Shown piece by piece: positions 22,400 through 34,153 of a DNA stretch of 64,000 nt. Numbering within the stretch: the stretch's first letter is position 1; every line of letters begins with the position of its first letter. The DNA is taken from the NCBI GenBank assembly GCA_017654855.1, contig CM030332.1:1798001-1862000 (forward strand), given 5' to 3'. The position numbers and the translations under genes are program-made. The stretch is from Podospora anserina. Taxonomy: Eukaryota. The notes under the pieces were generated by a model. The model searched no databases and had not been told where the DNA came from. It worked only from the letters and a program-made list of their open reading frames with translations.

Positions 22400-23539
22400 T
22401 GTAAGGCCCCCGGGGGTATATGGTGGAGGTCGAGTGCAAACCCTACTACAGAGTACTATAGTGGTATTACAGAGGGCTAGCGCTACATATACAGAAGGTC
22501 ACCTACTATTGCTCTGTCTTATAGTGCTGTAAGGCACTAGAGCCCACGCACACCCAAAGTTAAGCTACTGGTACCGTGTAGCAAAGGTTCCGCTGCGCCG
22601 TGAGCACTAAAGTGCTCTACCGTTATAGGGCCCTTAGGCTTGTATATGAACTCAACCTTTTAATAATACATAAATCCAATATTATTAAAAAAATATAAGT
22701 TAAGGTAGTAAATAAATTGATATATATTTCACATTAAATAAAGAAGAAATTAAGTTAATAAGTATAAATTTGGAGTTTTTGAAAATAATTTCGGAAACTT
22801 TTTTTATTTATTAATACTACCTAATAAATACAGTAAGTACATATTAAGTAATCTCTATATAGAATAAAAAATCGACAAATATCTAAATAACTTTTAACTA
22901 AAATATATAAATTTTAAATGATTCCTAAATAAAGTAAATATACTTTAAATAGCTCCTAAATAAAGCAAATAGACCCAAATATACCTTTAGTAAAGTGTCA
23001 CGGCTTGACACTTGGTGGGGCGCGGGGCGCACCACGGACCAATCAGAACAGGATCAATAGGATCGAGGATCGATCCAGGAGAGTCAACCCCAAAAGGGAC
23101 AGTATCGATAGGATCGATGGTCGAGTCTATCGATCCAGGACAGTGCCAGGCTTGGCACTAGGTCTATATATACGGAGGAACTGGCTGGTGTAGATAGATA
23201 GTTCCGCAGTATGCAATACAATTCACAATCGTGGTATCTTAAGCTATTGTGATTGAGACAAGCCATTTGTTGTACACTGTTTAGCTGTACCGAACCAGGA
23301 TTGTTCAGAAGTGCCTTCAACCAGTGTCCCTTTCAGAGGTTCTGGATAAGGGTTCGTCACATAAAGTAAGTAAACTCAAACTAAATTTTGAGCTAAGTAA
23401 GTACACTTTAAATAAACGATAAGGTAGGTAAGTAAACGGGAACTGAAGATGGGCCGGTCCTAAGCTCCGATTAATTTTATTTGTATAAAGCGGCGAGGAG
23501 TTACGTAGCGAATTAAGACTAGATTCCGGTATTGTCATA
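22400..23539. mobile_element. Old RIP-mutated solo-LTR-type insertion with an AT-rich core and a nested younger solo LTR; TSD GGCCT
   Basis: Starts TGTAAGG and ends GTCATA (ACA->ATA, RIP-type). GGCCT at 22395-22399 and 23540-23544. Strongly TpA/AT-rich at about 22660-22995. Confidence 0.75.
22996..23361. mobile_element. Solo LTR (366 bp), TSD TAAAG
   Basis: TGTCACG...CGTCACA termini, TAAAG on both sides (22991-22995, 23362-23366), internal TATATATA, and normal GC content unlike its AT-rich host. Confidence 0.9.
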
Positions 23540-24441
23540 GGCCTAACGGCAGACGATCGTAATGCGACTGTGAGCGCAATTACCAAACAACACTCTTATA
23601 GGGGGGTGCCGATATCTTCTGACAGATCTCCCCCTGTTTTATTCGCCCCAGGTTGGCTGCTGTCATAGCACTCGTCTGCGTCTATCTCATCTTTTTTGAA
23701 CGTGCTTTCCTCCAACTTTGATATCCAAAGTTGGTTGGTGTGTTGATCGGTGCTGTTCTTCGGGTGGGCCATTTTGATCTCCTGTGAAAAGACTCTGTTC
23801 AGCATGGTGGCTTTCCGAGGAGCTTGGAATGGATGTGGGTTGACTTCAAGATCCATATCTGTGGAAAAAGTACCTCTATATGCATGGTCAAGTATTTACC
23901 GTGAGCAATTGTCGAGGTCTCCAATCCCACAACCCAGCTTTGGTCGTTCTCATGAAACAACATGGTTATCTGCTTTCACCTTGAAGCGGATCACAAGTCT
24001 TTCGCGGAGATGAATAGGGGATCATCGCTCTGTTTGGGGTTAAGGTTTCCTTCGGTGATATCAGGGGTCGATTCTTTGACAATGTCACGGGAGCAAGAAA
24101 CGCCGCCAAAAAAGGTATGTATGGTTACTCTTCCGTCTATCAAAAAATGGAAAGATTCCTATTGGTTCTTCTCGTTAAAGCTACCACTATATATGAGCTT
24201 GGCATAAAATCGCAGGGAACAGAGAGGGTGAGAATTTAGGCAAATATCACGATCACCATTGATCACGTTCCATCACCCAGATTGGCGAGAGTTGAAACGA
24301 GGAAGACACGGTAATCTTTTCAATATGCAGTGTTGTTTAACTTGATTCAATGAGATGAACTCCTACTTTATTTTCGCATCTCAAGTTCACTTCACATGTG
24401 CTTTTGTTCTCATCCAGATTGCCAAAACCTTGTAAGTGACC

Positions 24442-25832
24442 ATGTATCAACTCCGACCTCTTCTCCTATTCTCTCTTGGTTTCCTTGTGACAGCCGTACG
24501 GGGAGACAATTCAGCGGATTCCAAGAATGCGATTCCAGACGTCAACTTTGACCTAGAGGGGGAACACGCTGGTGAACTCCCTTCACCATGGGAAGGCCCC
24601 TCTCACTGTGTCTCTGGGGACCATTGCCTCTACTTCAACCCAGAAGGCAACGATCACAACGGCCAGGTCCTCATCACAACGTCAAATTATGCCTACTTCA
24701 CAGCAACGTTCCCCAAGATCACTTCCGAAACCCAAATCTCACCTGATTCCTTCCACCTGGCTCCCATCCCAGGAAAAGGGAATGGATTCGTGGCAGGCCG
24801 GTTGATCAAAAAGGGCGAGGTGATCATGCAACGGCAGCCCTCTTTCTTGGTGCATGCCGACGCGCATATCGACATGAAGCCCGAGGTGCAGGAGAAGATC
24901 TACCAGATTGCACTGTCAAAGCTGTCCAAGGACGCCCAGGAAAAGTTCTTGTCGCAGTTCGGCGATGGTGTCAGGGCCAAGATCGATAAGAACAGCTTCC
25001 GGATCGTGATTGATCCATCCGGTGATAAGGAGAGCGGGCACTTGGGTGTGTTTGTGGATGTTAGTGGGTTCAACCATGATTGCAGGCCAAAGTAAGTGTT
25101 GCTGGTTGACTTCAACCATGGATGGAGAATGCTAACAAAAGTTGAAGCGTTCATTACCGCATCACCAACACCACTCACACCACCGTTGCCGTTCGGGACA
25201 TCCACCCTGGAGACGAGCTGACTATCAGCTACATTTACGGCATCGCTCGCAGGTCCACCCGCCAAAAGGAGCTGCAAGACTGGGGCTTCGAGTGCACTTG
25301 CTCTCAATGCACCCTCAACAGCCTTGAAACCGCCGCCTCCGACGCCAGAGTCAAGGAGATCAAACGTCTTGAGGAGGAAATTGAGGACAAGATGTCCAGA
25401 AGAGGGGAAGATATCAAGCCTGAGATGGGAGGAAAGTTGGTGGACATGTATCTTGAGGAAAAGCTCTTTGCCTATCTGGCACCGACATACGTGAGAGCTG
25501 CGCTGATTTACAGCATGTTTGGGAACGAGGCGAAAGCGAAGGAATATGCCGAGGAAGCTGTAGATGCATTGACAAGAGAGTATGGAACCCATGCAAAGGA
25601 TATCCAGAGCATGCGGGAACTTGCAGCCGACGTCAAGGGGCATTGGAGTTGGGGGATCAAGGTTGTGAGTGAGGAGAAGGAACAAAAGACGTGGAAGTTG
25701 GGGCAAGGGAAGGGAAAGAAGAATGAGACGGGTGAAGCCGGCGCCAAGAAGGAGAGAAAGATTAGAGAGAAGATCGGGAAGAAGGCTGGAAAGACAGTTA
25801 AGGAGGCAAAGGCGAAGAAGGATGAACTGTAA
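24442..25832 (+). CDS. SET-domain protein with N-terminal signal peptide and C-terminal KDEL
   Basis: Signal peptide MYQLRPLLLFSLGFLVTAVRG; GKGNGFVA. Intron 25092-25147 gives NHDCRPN..RDIHPGDELTISY..WGFECTCSQC. Ends AKAKKDEL*. Confidence 0.88.
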
Positions 25833-25920
25833 AGGGCGGCGGACACAGACCTGAGACAGCAGAAAATAATTTTGTTGAACAAATCGTAACGCTTCATGGT
25901 GGTTTGTTCTACAAAGGTTT

Positions 25921-26107
25921 TGTTGGGCTGGTGACCTAGGAAAGTCACTGGCTGCGAAAATGAGGCCAAAATTGGCCAGAAAAAAATAGTAAACAAATTG
26001 GTATTACAGTAGTTGGTTGTTGGTTAAAAAGTAAACAGTAAGAAAATCCAGCCCCAAGAGCAAACCGGTGTGGGTCTGGGAAAACCTGGGCCCTTTGGTG
26101 CCCCACA
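25921..26107 (-). repeat. 3' LTR of the copia element
   Basis: TGTTGGGCTG...CCCCACA on the + strand; matches 31661-31847. Confidence 0.95.
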
Positions 26108-26262
26108 CCCCCCCACAGACAGCACACCGCCGTCCAAAATGAAGCCATCGCCAATATCCTCCGAAGCCCAATATACGCCCAGATTCTTCCACTTCCTTTG
26201 ACTCCTTTGCCCAATGCCCTAGTGGCCTTTTTCCCATACAAATACACGTTCTCCTGCATATT

Positions 26263-29200
26263 TCAAACCGGAAAATCTCGCATTCCCAACAGCTGCACAA
26301 ACTTTGCGTGCTTCTCCCTTTGTAGTGCCTTTGTGAATCCATCCGCCGGCATCTCCAACCCAGAGATGTGTTGAATACCAAATCTTCCTTCCTTCACTTG
26401 TTCACCCACCCACTTGTACCGTATATCGATACACCGGGTCCTGGCGATATTCTGAGGGTTCAGAACTGTGATTTCGGCGTTCTTACTATCGGTGTACAGC
26501 ATGTATGGCCTTGGCTGTGGCACACCACAGTCTTCCAATATCTTTGACACCCACTGCAGTGAATACCCTGTAGGCGTCAGGTTGGCAAACTCTGCCTCCG
26601 TCGTACTCAGGGCGACGAAGGTCTGCTTCTTACTCTTCCACAATACTGGCCCACCAGCCACGAAGACGACGTGGCCGCCAGTGGAATATCTCCAAGGTAA
26701 GACATCCGCGTGTGAGGCATCTGCGAATCCCACAAGCTTCATATCTTCTGCCGAGAACTCGGAGCCTCCCAGCACAATACACAGCTTCCTGGTGGCAGCC
26801 AGGTACCGGAAAAGGTGCTTCATCAACTCCAAGTGACGTGGTGAGGGCCCAGAATTGCCCCCGCAAAGGCGGTTAACGGTGAAAGTAATGTCGGGCCGAG
26901 TGCCGGTAGACAGCCAGTTCAACGCACCGGTCTTCCGAATATACTCCTTCACTTCCGCGGTCATTTTCTCCCACGTAAAAGGGAGCTCCAGCTTGGCTGG
27001 CCACGGCGTAGCCACGCCGGCCATGTCTTTATAGCCGAACTTCTCGAGTAAGGCGTCGATATAGGCCACCTGGGACAGGTAGACCTGCCTCTTCCCGCGG
27101 TTCCTCACGATATCAAAACCCAAGAACCTCTTCGGCTCGCCTAGTTTCTTGATGCCATACTTGCTCTCCAGCCCGGTAGCGATATCTTCAATGATTTTCG
27201 TCGTAGGCGCTGATATAAGTAGGTCATCCACGTACAGGACTACCAGGGCACCTGTCTCTTTGTGACGGAACAGGCAGAGGTCTGATGAGAGGGTATCGAA
27301 GCCCAGTTCAACCATCACAGGTTTCACTGTCTCGTACCAGTAGATAGGTGACTTCCTCAGGCCGTATAATGCCCTTTTGAGCCGGCACACCTTGCCCAGT
27401 GGCTTGCCCAAGCTATCTGGTGGTCGTACGTAGTACTGTGCGGTGTCAGGGATTTTGGCGTTGAGAAATGCCATCTTGAAGTCGTATTGAAGGCACTCCC
27501 AGTCATTCACGGCTGTAATAGCCCAAAAGCATTTGACTGCCACGCTACTCACAACGGCGGCGTAGACGTCCTGTGTGGCCCAGGAGTCCCTGTCAAAGTT
27601 GCCACACACCACCCACCTCGCCCTGGCCTTCACCTCACCAGTTTGAGGGTCCATCTTCTCATCGTATACCCATTTGCTCGGTAAGACGTTGTAGCCTTTC
27701 GGCGTATCCACCAGCTCGTAGACGTCCTTTTCCAACAGGCCGGCGTCCTGCTCCTTCATGGCAGGCAGCCAATACTTGTGGTAGTTCTCGAGCTTCCTCG
27801 CTTGCCGGTAGTTCCTGGGTATATGGGACTTGTTGATGGTTTGCAGAAGGTGGTCGATTTTGACCGTGGATAGGGCGTAGGCCACTACCTCACGTAGTCG
27901 TGGGTTGTCGAGATGTACTGTGAAAAAACCTTGGTAAGGGTGTTTACCCTGCTGTAGCTTCTTGTAGAAGCCTGGTCCCTGATTTTTTGTTGTTGCTCTG
28001 CGAGGCCGCTCCTGAGCCGGCGGAGAAGCCACCGCTTCCTCCATATGGCCTGTATCAGGCTCGAAATCGTCGTCAGAGTCTTCGACCAGGCTTTCCGTGC
28101 CTGAATCCAGTAGCCTGCCATCGGCCTGGTCATCACCAGGCCCCCCCATAGCCTCACCCTCCTCCCCCCATCAGCCTCGCAGGGGAGGTGAGCTCTCTCA
28201 TGGCAGGAGAGTCAGTGGTATAGGGCGCTTGGTCATGGTTTGGTGGGATAGGTGCCTCGGACCGTATATCCTCCACCTCTTCGGCGTCGAAAAAAGTCTT
28301 CCACGTCTGAGGCCTCAGGTAGTGGAGGTAGTGTTGGTGACGGCGTAGCTTTCGGAGTAGGTAGAATGGTCTGCCCAGGGTCCTTGGCCTTCCCTGTTTC
28401 AACTGTTGGAGCACTCTGCTGTGGATCGGGCTCCAGTATGGTGGTAGGTTTGTCATCGAAGGTGACCTTCCTCCCCAAGGATACCGTTCTGTTGGTGACG
28501 GCATCTTCTTCTTCGGCTATAGTACTATCAGTAAAGACTGCCTCGTACTCAATATCCTTATACTCATCGTCGTCAGGCCTGTAAGAATCGCCTTCGTTGA
28601 ACTTCACGGCGTTGACCTTCACGACTTTGTTAGTGACTGGGTTCCAGACCCAGTATATTTTGCCGTGTATATCTGCGTAGCCGATAAGCTTTCCTTTCTC
28701 CGCCCTGGCGGTGAACTTATCCGAATTGGCCCGGTAGGCCGGCTTGACGTAGTAATACGCGTCGCAAAAGTACGAGCGTAGGTGCCGAATATACGGCTTC
28801 CGCTCGCCCTCGGGCATGTTGAGCCTTGTGGTATACTTCTCGTGAGCACTGATATCTCCCTCGTTGACCCTCGAGGGCAGTAGGTTACCCACGTAAACCA
28901 CAGACTGCATGACAAATGGGAACAGCTTCTCTGGCACCTTGTAGGCCAGCATGATAGCCCTGGTGCGGTTAAGCGTAGTCCTCGCGGCCCTCTCCACCTT
29001 TCCATTCATCCACGGTGAGTGAGGCACGGTCTTGAGGATGGTGATGCCCTCCTGGTCGGCCCAGGCGGCCATGCGGCTGTCGTCAAAGGTCCCAGAGCCC
29101 TGGGCAAATTCCGTACCGCCGTCAAGGCCGATGATGCTGATCTTATGCCCGGTTTGGCGCGCGATCTTCGTCTCGAAATCCTTGACCTTATCGAATACCT

Positions 29201-30016
29201 GCTTTTTCTCCACTGTGAAGTTAATCCACTTGTAGCCACTCCACATATCTACGTATTGGATAGAGTACTTGTAACCCAGATATCCAGGGTTCTTGTGGGT
29301 GACGACGTCGATACGGATGAAGTCGAACGGGTTGTTGGTCTGCGAAGGGGTCGATGAGCCTAGTTGATCTGTTATCTTTGCCATCACGCAGGGCTCGCAG
29401 AAAAAGTCATTGCCGACGAGCTTAATACCCGCCTGCGTACAAGCCTTGTAAATATCGTCCTTGTTGGCGTGCATTAGGCGGCGATGCATTACCCGGTAGT
29501 TGATAGATGCCATCACGGCCTTGATGGGAGTCTTCGCCAGGGATACTTTGCTGAAATCGGCGCCGGGCGTCGTATTTATCTGGTATATGTTGTTATTCCT
29601 GGTCAACTCACACACCACCTGCTTAGTACCTCTAAGGACCAGGTTGTGGCTCTCCTGGTCCCAGAAGATACCTTTATCGAGTAGCTTGCCCGCCGATATC
29701 AGATTGACGGGCGCCTGTGGGTGGTATACCGCTTCCTTGAGCTCCAGGGTAACAGCCTGGCCACTTGAAAGGGTAGATTGCAGCGCTGCGGCACCCTGGT
29801 AGCTGCACTTTGTGATATCTCCTGACGACGAAAGGAACCTCTTTTCCTTCCCTCAGGTAGTAAGTGGAGCTCGGTGAACCACTTCAGTTTATTGAATACG
29901 AAATCCGCGCATCCGGAGTCGTAGTACACGTGGTCTTTGAATGCCTCGACGGCCTGTTGGACTTCAGGGGCATCTACTGAGGAGAGTGCTGCCTCTGGGG
30001 GCCGAGACGAAAATCC
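26263..30016 (-). CDS. pol: Copia pol (protease, integrase, RT, RNase H), broken by single-base indels in homopolymers
   Basis: PR YYDSGC; GAG-pre-integrase HRRLMH..CEPC; INT D..LDGGTEF..NGKVER; RT KARWVV, LYGLRKSP, YVDD; RNase H ADASHA..TEAEF..ADGFTKAL. Confidence 0.9.
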
Positions 30017-31107
30017 GATTGGTCATCGTCATGGTAGGTGGGGAGCGATATATTGGCGAAGTTGTTGGACAGCATCAGGGTACTGTGGGCAGGTCGGTCC
30101 CTCGAAGACCCAGTATTGGTGACGCCACCAGTATGGCCTTGAAGAGTCCCTGTTGACGAGCCAGTACTCTGCCGCCTCTCTTGCCTATCCGCTTGTGCCT
30201 TTTCCCCTGTGCTCCCAATCCTTGGAGCCTTGTCAGGGTCACACCACCAACAGGCCTTGCCCTTCGGGTGGTGACGACCACAGCCCATGCAGTGCTGGTT
30301 GCCTTTCCTTAAGCCCTTGGTGCATTGGTCGCACTTCTTCGTCGAGGTTGATGATGTGGCAGGTGAGGGTGTAGTCGCGGCCGGGGCCTTGGTGGTCTCG
30401 ATGGTGATTTTGGAGTGAGCCGGCGTGGTCTCCTCCGTAACGGCCTTGGCGCTATACTCCTGGCAAAGAAGCGACCAGGTCATGGTGCCGTCTTCCATCT
30501 TCCTTGCTAGCCGGTCGTACAAATCGGGGTACGCGGTCTTGATGCCGTTCAGGGCAGCCCAGAGGTGAGCCACGTGGCCGATCTTGATTTCCATCGTATC
30601 AAGACGACGGCGAAGGACCTCGAGCCGGCTGAAGTAGGCTTGGAATGAGGCGAAGTTGGCACGCTTGAGAGTGAAATACTCCTCCAAAAGTATACCAGCG
30701 ATGTTAAAAGTGCCGCGCTGTAGGGCTTGGATAATCTTCTGGTATAGACCATAGGCACCAATGCCGTCGGCCTTCCAACCCAGGTTGAGAATTCGTTGTC
30801 GGATCTCGGGCTTCTTGACGGAAGCCATTATCAGGTTCTGGATGTCCAGGTTGTTAGTACGCCATTGGTCGAAGGCAGGTGTCCCTTCTTCCGCTGGTGG
30901 CTGTATATTAGCCTTGATGTAGTCCTCTAAGCCATGGTACATAAGGGACTGGGTTAACTGAAATTCCCAGCCGGAAAGATCGGTCTCTGAGTTCAGAGCC
31001 GGCAAGGCTTGAAAGGTTCGTTGCCTAACCGTAGCGACGGTGTTGGCATTCCCCATAGCTTTCACAAGCTCTAAGAGCTGGGCCATGGTGACGTTAGTGC
31101 CAGCCAT
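29974..31107 (-). CDS. gag: Copia gag with zinc-knuckle-like C-terminus
   Basis: ATG 31107, helical capsid-like region, CDQC..HCMGCGRHH..CWWC; lies just downstream of the 5' LTR/PBS leader. Confidence 0.85.
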   Translation of the reverse strand: MAGTNVTMAQLLELVKAMGNANTVATVRQRTFQALPALNSETDLSGWEFQLTQSLMYHGLEDYIKANIQPPAEEGTPAFDQWRTNNLDIQNLIMASVKKPEIRQRILNLGWKADGIGAYGLYQKIIQALQRGTFNIAGILLEEYFTLKRANFASFQAYFSRLEVLRRRLDTMEIKIGHVAHLWAALNGIKTAYPDLYDRLARKMEDGTMTWSLLCQEYSAKAVTEETTPAHSKITIETTKAPAATTPSPATSSTSTKKCDQCTKGLRKGNQHCMGCGRHHPKGKACWWCDPDKAPRIGSTGEKAQADRQERRQSTGSSTGTLQGHTGGVTNTGSSRDRPAHSTLMLSNNFANISLPTYHDDDQSDFRLGPQRQHSPQ

Positions 31108-31660
31108 CTTGAAAGAAAAACTGGTCAAAGAGAAGTCGTAAGAAAGACGCTGTGAGAAAGACGTCGAAAGAAAGACTCAAAGAAAGGCGCCACCTGACTT
31201 TGTGGCCGCCAACAGTGGGTTGAATTGACTTGGGCAGAGGGCGAGATGCTTGCTCCGCTATCGGTCTCCTGATAAGGCAGGACAGAGTTCTCGACTGCTG
31301 CCGGAAAACAGTAATTTCCCAGCCAAAAGGTCGCAAAAATGGCAGAACCAAGGAAACTTGGCCAGGAGAAGGTTGGCGCCGTAAACCACACTCTTATCGG
31401 TGAGGGGTGGTCGGTCGCTTCAACTCTTCGTCAAGATGAGGGTCAGGGTTAAAACCAGGCTTCCGTTGATTGGGAAGTTGGTTAACTCTCTCAACGCCTC
31501 CAAAATCGCCGTCGAAAGGTCCAATTGCGTGATATTGGCCTGACAAGGGTCGAAAAGTCGTAAGGTCCGGTGTGGTATTCGGCCTTGCGAGGTCGGGTTG
31601 TCGACGAGGGCGTCGACTTCGGTTTGCTTGGTGATTTAAGCGTCAAAAGAGCTCATAACC

Positions 31661-31847
31661 TGTTGGGCTGGTGACCTAGGAAAGTCACTGGCTGCGAAAA
31701 TGAGGCCAAAATTGGCCAGAAAAAAATAGTAAACAAATTGGTATTACAGTAGTTGGTTGTTGGTTAAAAAGTAAACAGTAAGAAAATCCAGCCCCAAGAG
31801 CAAACCGGTGTGGGTCTGGGAAAACCTGGGCCCTTTGGTGCCCCACA
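31661..31847 (-). repeat. 5' LTR of the copia element
   Basis: Same sequence as 25921-26107, followed on the minus strand by GGTTATGAGCTC. Confidence 0.95.
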
Positions 31848-32319
31848 GGTTTTGACTTACATCGGGTTGCAGCGAGTGGTGTTTGGTGCCACTTGCAGTT
31901 GTTGAAAGTGGGCCGGTCCATTGCACTGCGCTTGCTCATTTGCATCATTTGGCGGTCAGCTTTCCCTCTCCAGCCCTTTTGAATTCCCCGTGAAACGTTT
32001 AATCTAATCTCTTATCAAACAATCCCCCGGTCACCTGCTTTCGGCGATTCCCCAGCTTCCCTGCGCGTCATCTGGTCATCCCGCCATCCCATCTCAACTT
32101 TCATCGAGGGGGTTGACCCAGCCAGACTGACCGAAAGGTACCGCAGCGCAGGTAAGTACTGTTCCCCAATATGCTGAGAGCAACATTTTTCCAAAATCCT
32201 AGAAGTTGTAGGGATATCCTGGAACAGGATTCTACACACCACCCGACCGAACAGCCACAGGCCTTTCGCACATCACCCATCACACAACCTGACCTACCAT
32301 ATCTACCCATCATCACAAG

Positions 32320-33294
32320 ATGAGTAGTCGCGCTTGTATCAGCTGCAGCCGCAGTCTGCCCAGGTCGTCCTACACCGCCAACCAGTATTCAAGGGGTGAG
32401 GGCGATTCGTGTTGTGCTGCTTGTGTCCACAGCCACCGAAACGATACACCGACCGCCATCCAAAGTGACAGCGGCCGTTACAACAGGGCTAACGAGGCGA
32501 AGTTCACCCAAAATTCCATGGCTAACCCCTTTGTGCAAGGCGCCTTCCGCTGGGTCGCCAAAGGAGCATATGTGGACGGTGGGCGCCAAGGTCAGGCTTG
32601 TGTTTGCAAGTGGTTCAAGGCCGGCGGAACTATGGACAGCGATTATTTCACTCTCGACATCAAGTCCGTGGACAAGGCGCTGGAGATCATCAATCACTTC
32701 AATCAGCTGAACATACTGAACAAGACTGTGAAGGTAAACGTACCGGAGGTTTGGGTCTGGGGGGGGAATAACAGCCGTGCGGGCCAGAAAAGCCTCGTTG
32801 AACCATTCATTCAGAATTACAAGAAGTTCAATAGCAACTCAGGTTGGACTGATGAGTCCAAACCATGGGCGTTGGCAATGCAGGCGTTGAGCCATTTCAG
32901 CTACCACATTTCAGGGGGAAACTTTGTTCTCTGTGATCTCCAAGGAGGCATCTACCAAAACGAAGTTGTCTTGACCGATCCCGTCATTCTATCCCCAACT
33001 CAACAGTACGGTGTCACAGATCTCGGCCCCAATGGCATCAGTTCCTTTTTCAGCCAGCACGTTTGCAATGAGCACTGTCGCCCTACTCGGACTGCCCCAC
33101 ACAACCCGGTTCGGCACTTAATCCGGTCCTGGTACTTCGATGATGGCGCGCCGTGTCCCGACGGCTGGTTCAAAACCCACCAACACACGGTACTTTCTCT
33201 AGATTTGAAGAAGCACGCCGCCATGCAGGACGAGCCATGGCAACACGTTTGGCCCCTTATTGCGAGAACGAAAGCTACAGGAATTAGGAAATGA
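32320..33294 (+). CDS. Alpha-kinase (eEF2K/MHCK family) with an N-terminal C2C2 zinc motif; true stop probably at 33202
   Basis: PFVQGAFRWVAKG, VCKWFK, LVEPFI..KFNSNSGW, QALSHFSYH, LCDLQG, LTDP, TDLGPNGISSFF..HVCNEHC. Two homopolymer deletions near 33118-33128 shift the tail from FNPVPGTSMM. Confidence 0.9.
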   Translation: MSSRACISCSRSLPRSSYTANQYSRGEGDSCCAACVHSHRNDTPTAIQSDSGRYNRANEAKFTQNSMANPFVQGAFRWVAKGAYVDGGRQGQACVCKWFKAGGTMDSDYFTLDIKSVDKALEIINHFNQLNILNKTVKVNVPEVWVWGGNNSRAGQKSLVEPFIQNYKKFNSNSGWTDESKPWALAMQALSHFSYHISGGNFVLCDLQGGIYQNEVVLTDPVILSPTQQYGVTDLGPNGISSFFSQHVCNEHCRPTRTAPHNPVRHLIRSWYFDDGAPCPDGWFKTHQHTVLSLDLKKHAAMQDEPWQHVWPLIARTKATGIRK

Positions 33295-33469
33295 GAACGG
33301 GAATAGACCGGCAATGTAGGAAACAGGTAGCGCAATGAAGAAATTATCAGGTGGACTGTCAGGACATTATGACAAAATGGCAGCTCTTTTGGATTTCCCT
33401 CCCATATAACAAAAAACGAATCTTCGTGAGGAGTGAGCTCGCATCATCTCTATCTTTGGTATGTGCTGA

Positions 33470-34153
33470 TGGAGGCCACAAACGGTACAAAAAAGGTGCT
33501 GTGGATGAAAGTTACAATTGACATCTCGACATCAAAGCCGTGAACAAAGCCCTCGAGATCGTCTAGCTCTTCAACGAGTTCAAGGTTATCAACTTTGGAG
33601 TCAAACTGAACATACCTGGCGTATGGACGGCCAATGAGGCTTCTAGTCCAGAGTGGCGAGGCCAGACAGTCCTTGTCGAGCCATTCATTGAGAATCACCA
33701 AATGTTCAACAGCAATCTTGGGTGGGTAACCGATGATCGTAGGCCTTGGCCTCTCGCCATGCAAGCTCTGAGCCACTTTCGCTATCATATCACCGGCGGG
33801 CAGTACGTGCTTTGCGACCTTCAGGGCGGTGTTTATTCGCACGAGGTTATCCTGACGGATCCGGCTATTCCCTCGCACAAGAAGGAGTTTGGCATGACTG
33901 ATTTGGGGTCTGATGGGATAAGCAACTTTTTCAGGAAGCACGTCTGCAACGGGTTTTGTCGGCGTGATTGGCCCGGCCAGCGGAACCAATGCGGTACTTT
34001 GATCCAGTTCCCGGATCGACGAAGATGAGGCTCAGGGCTACGGACAAAACGGCTTATTCTCTTCCTGCACCGTCGTATTGGCCTTGGCTTCATGGTCCAG
34101 TGTCTGTTTTACCGAGGAGAGAAACCGTGGGGGAACAGGTGATGTCGTCATGA
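33470..34153 (+). pseudogene. Tandem alpha-kinase paralog, 5'-truncated pseudogene
   Basis: LDIKAVNKALEIV*, LVEPFI..FNSNLGW, QALSHF, LCDLQGG, LTDP, TDLG, HVCNGFC, YFDPVPG. In-frame stops near 33518 and 33564 plus a frameshift. Confidence 0.85.

Larger units (their letters stand above)
20750..24205 (-). pseudogene. Second HET-domain pseudogene, interrupted by the LTR stack at 22400-23539
   Basis: ARRLALNNMHENYANAEYTIIHD, STWFTRGWTALEL, RSTSWVRD and WSWCP motifs. The reading frame is continuous across the insertion once it is removed (SSAVRP|RTPQHTEVSKFDLE). Outer limits are approximate. Confidence 0.8.
25921..31847 (-). mobile_element. Full-length Ty1/copia LTR retrotransposon (5927 bp), TSD GGTTT
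   Basis: Two 187-bp LTRs, identical by inspection. GGTTT at 25916-25920 and 31848-31852. PBS-like GGTTATGAGCTC next to the 5' LTR and a G-rich PPT next to the 3' LTR. Domain order gag-PR-INT-RT-RH. Confidence 0.97.
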
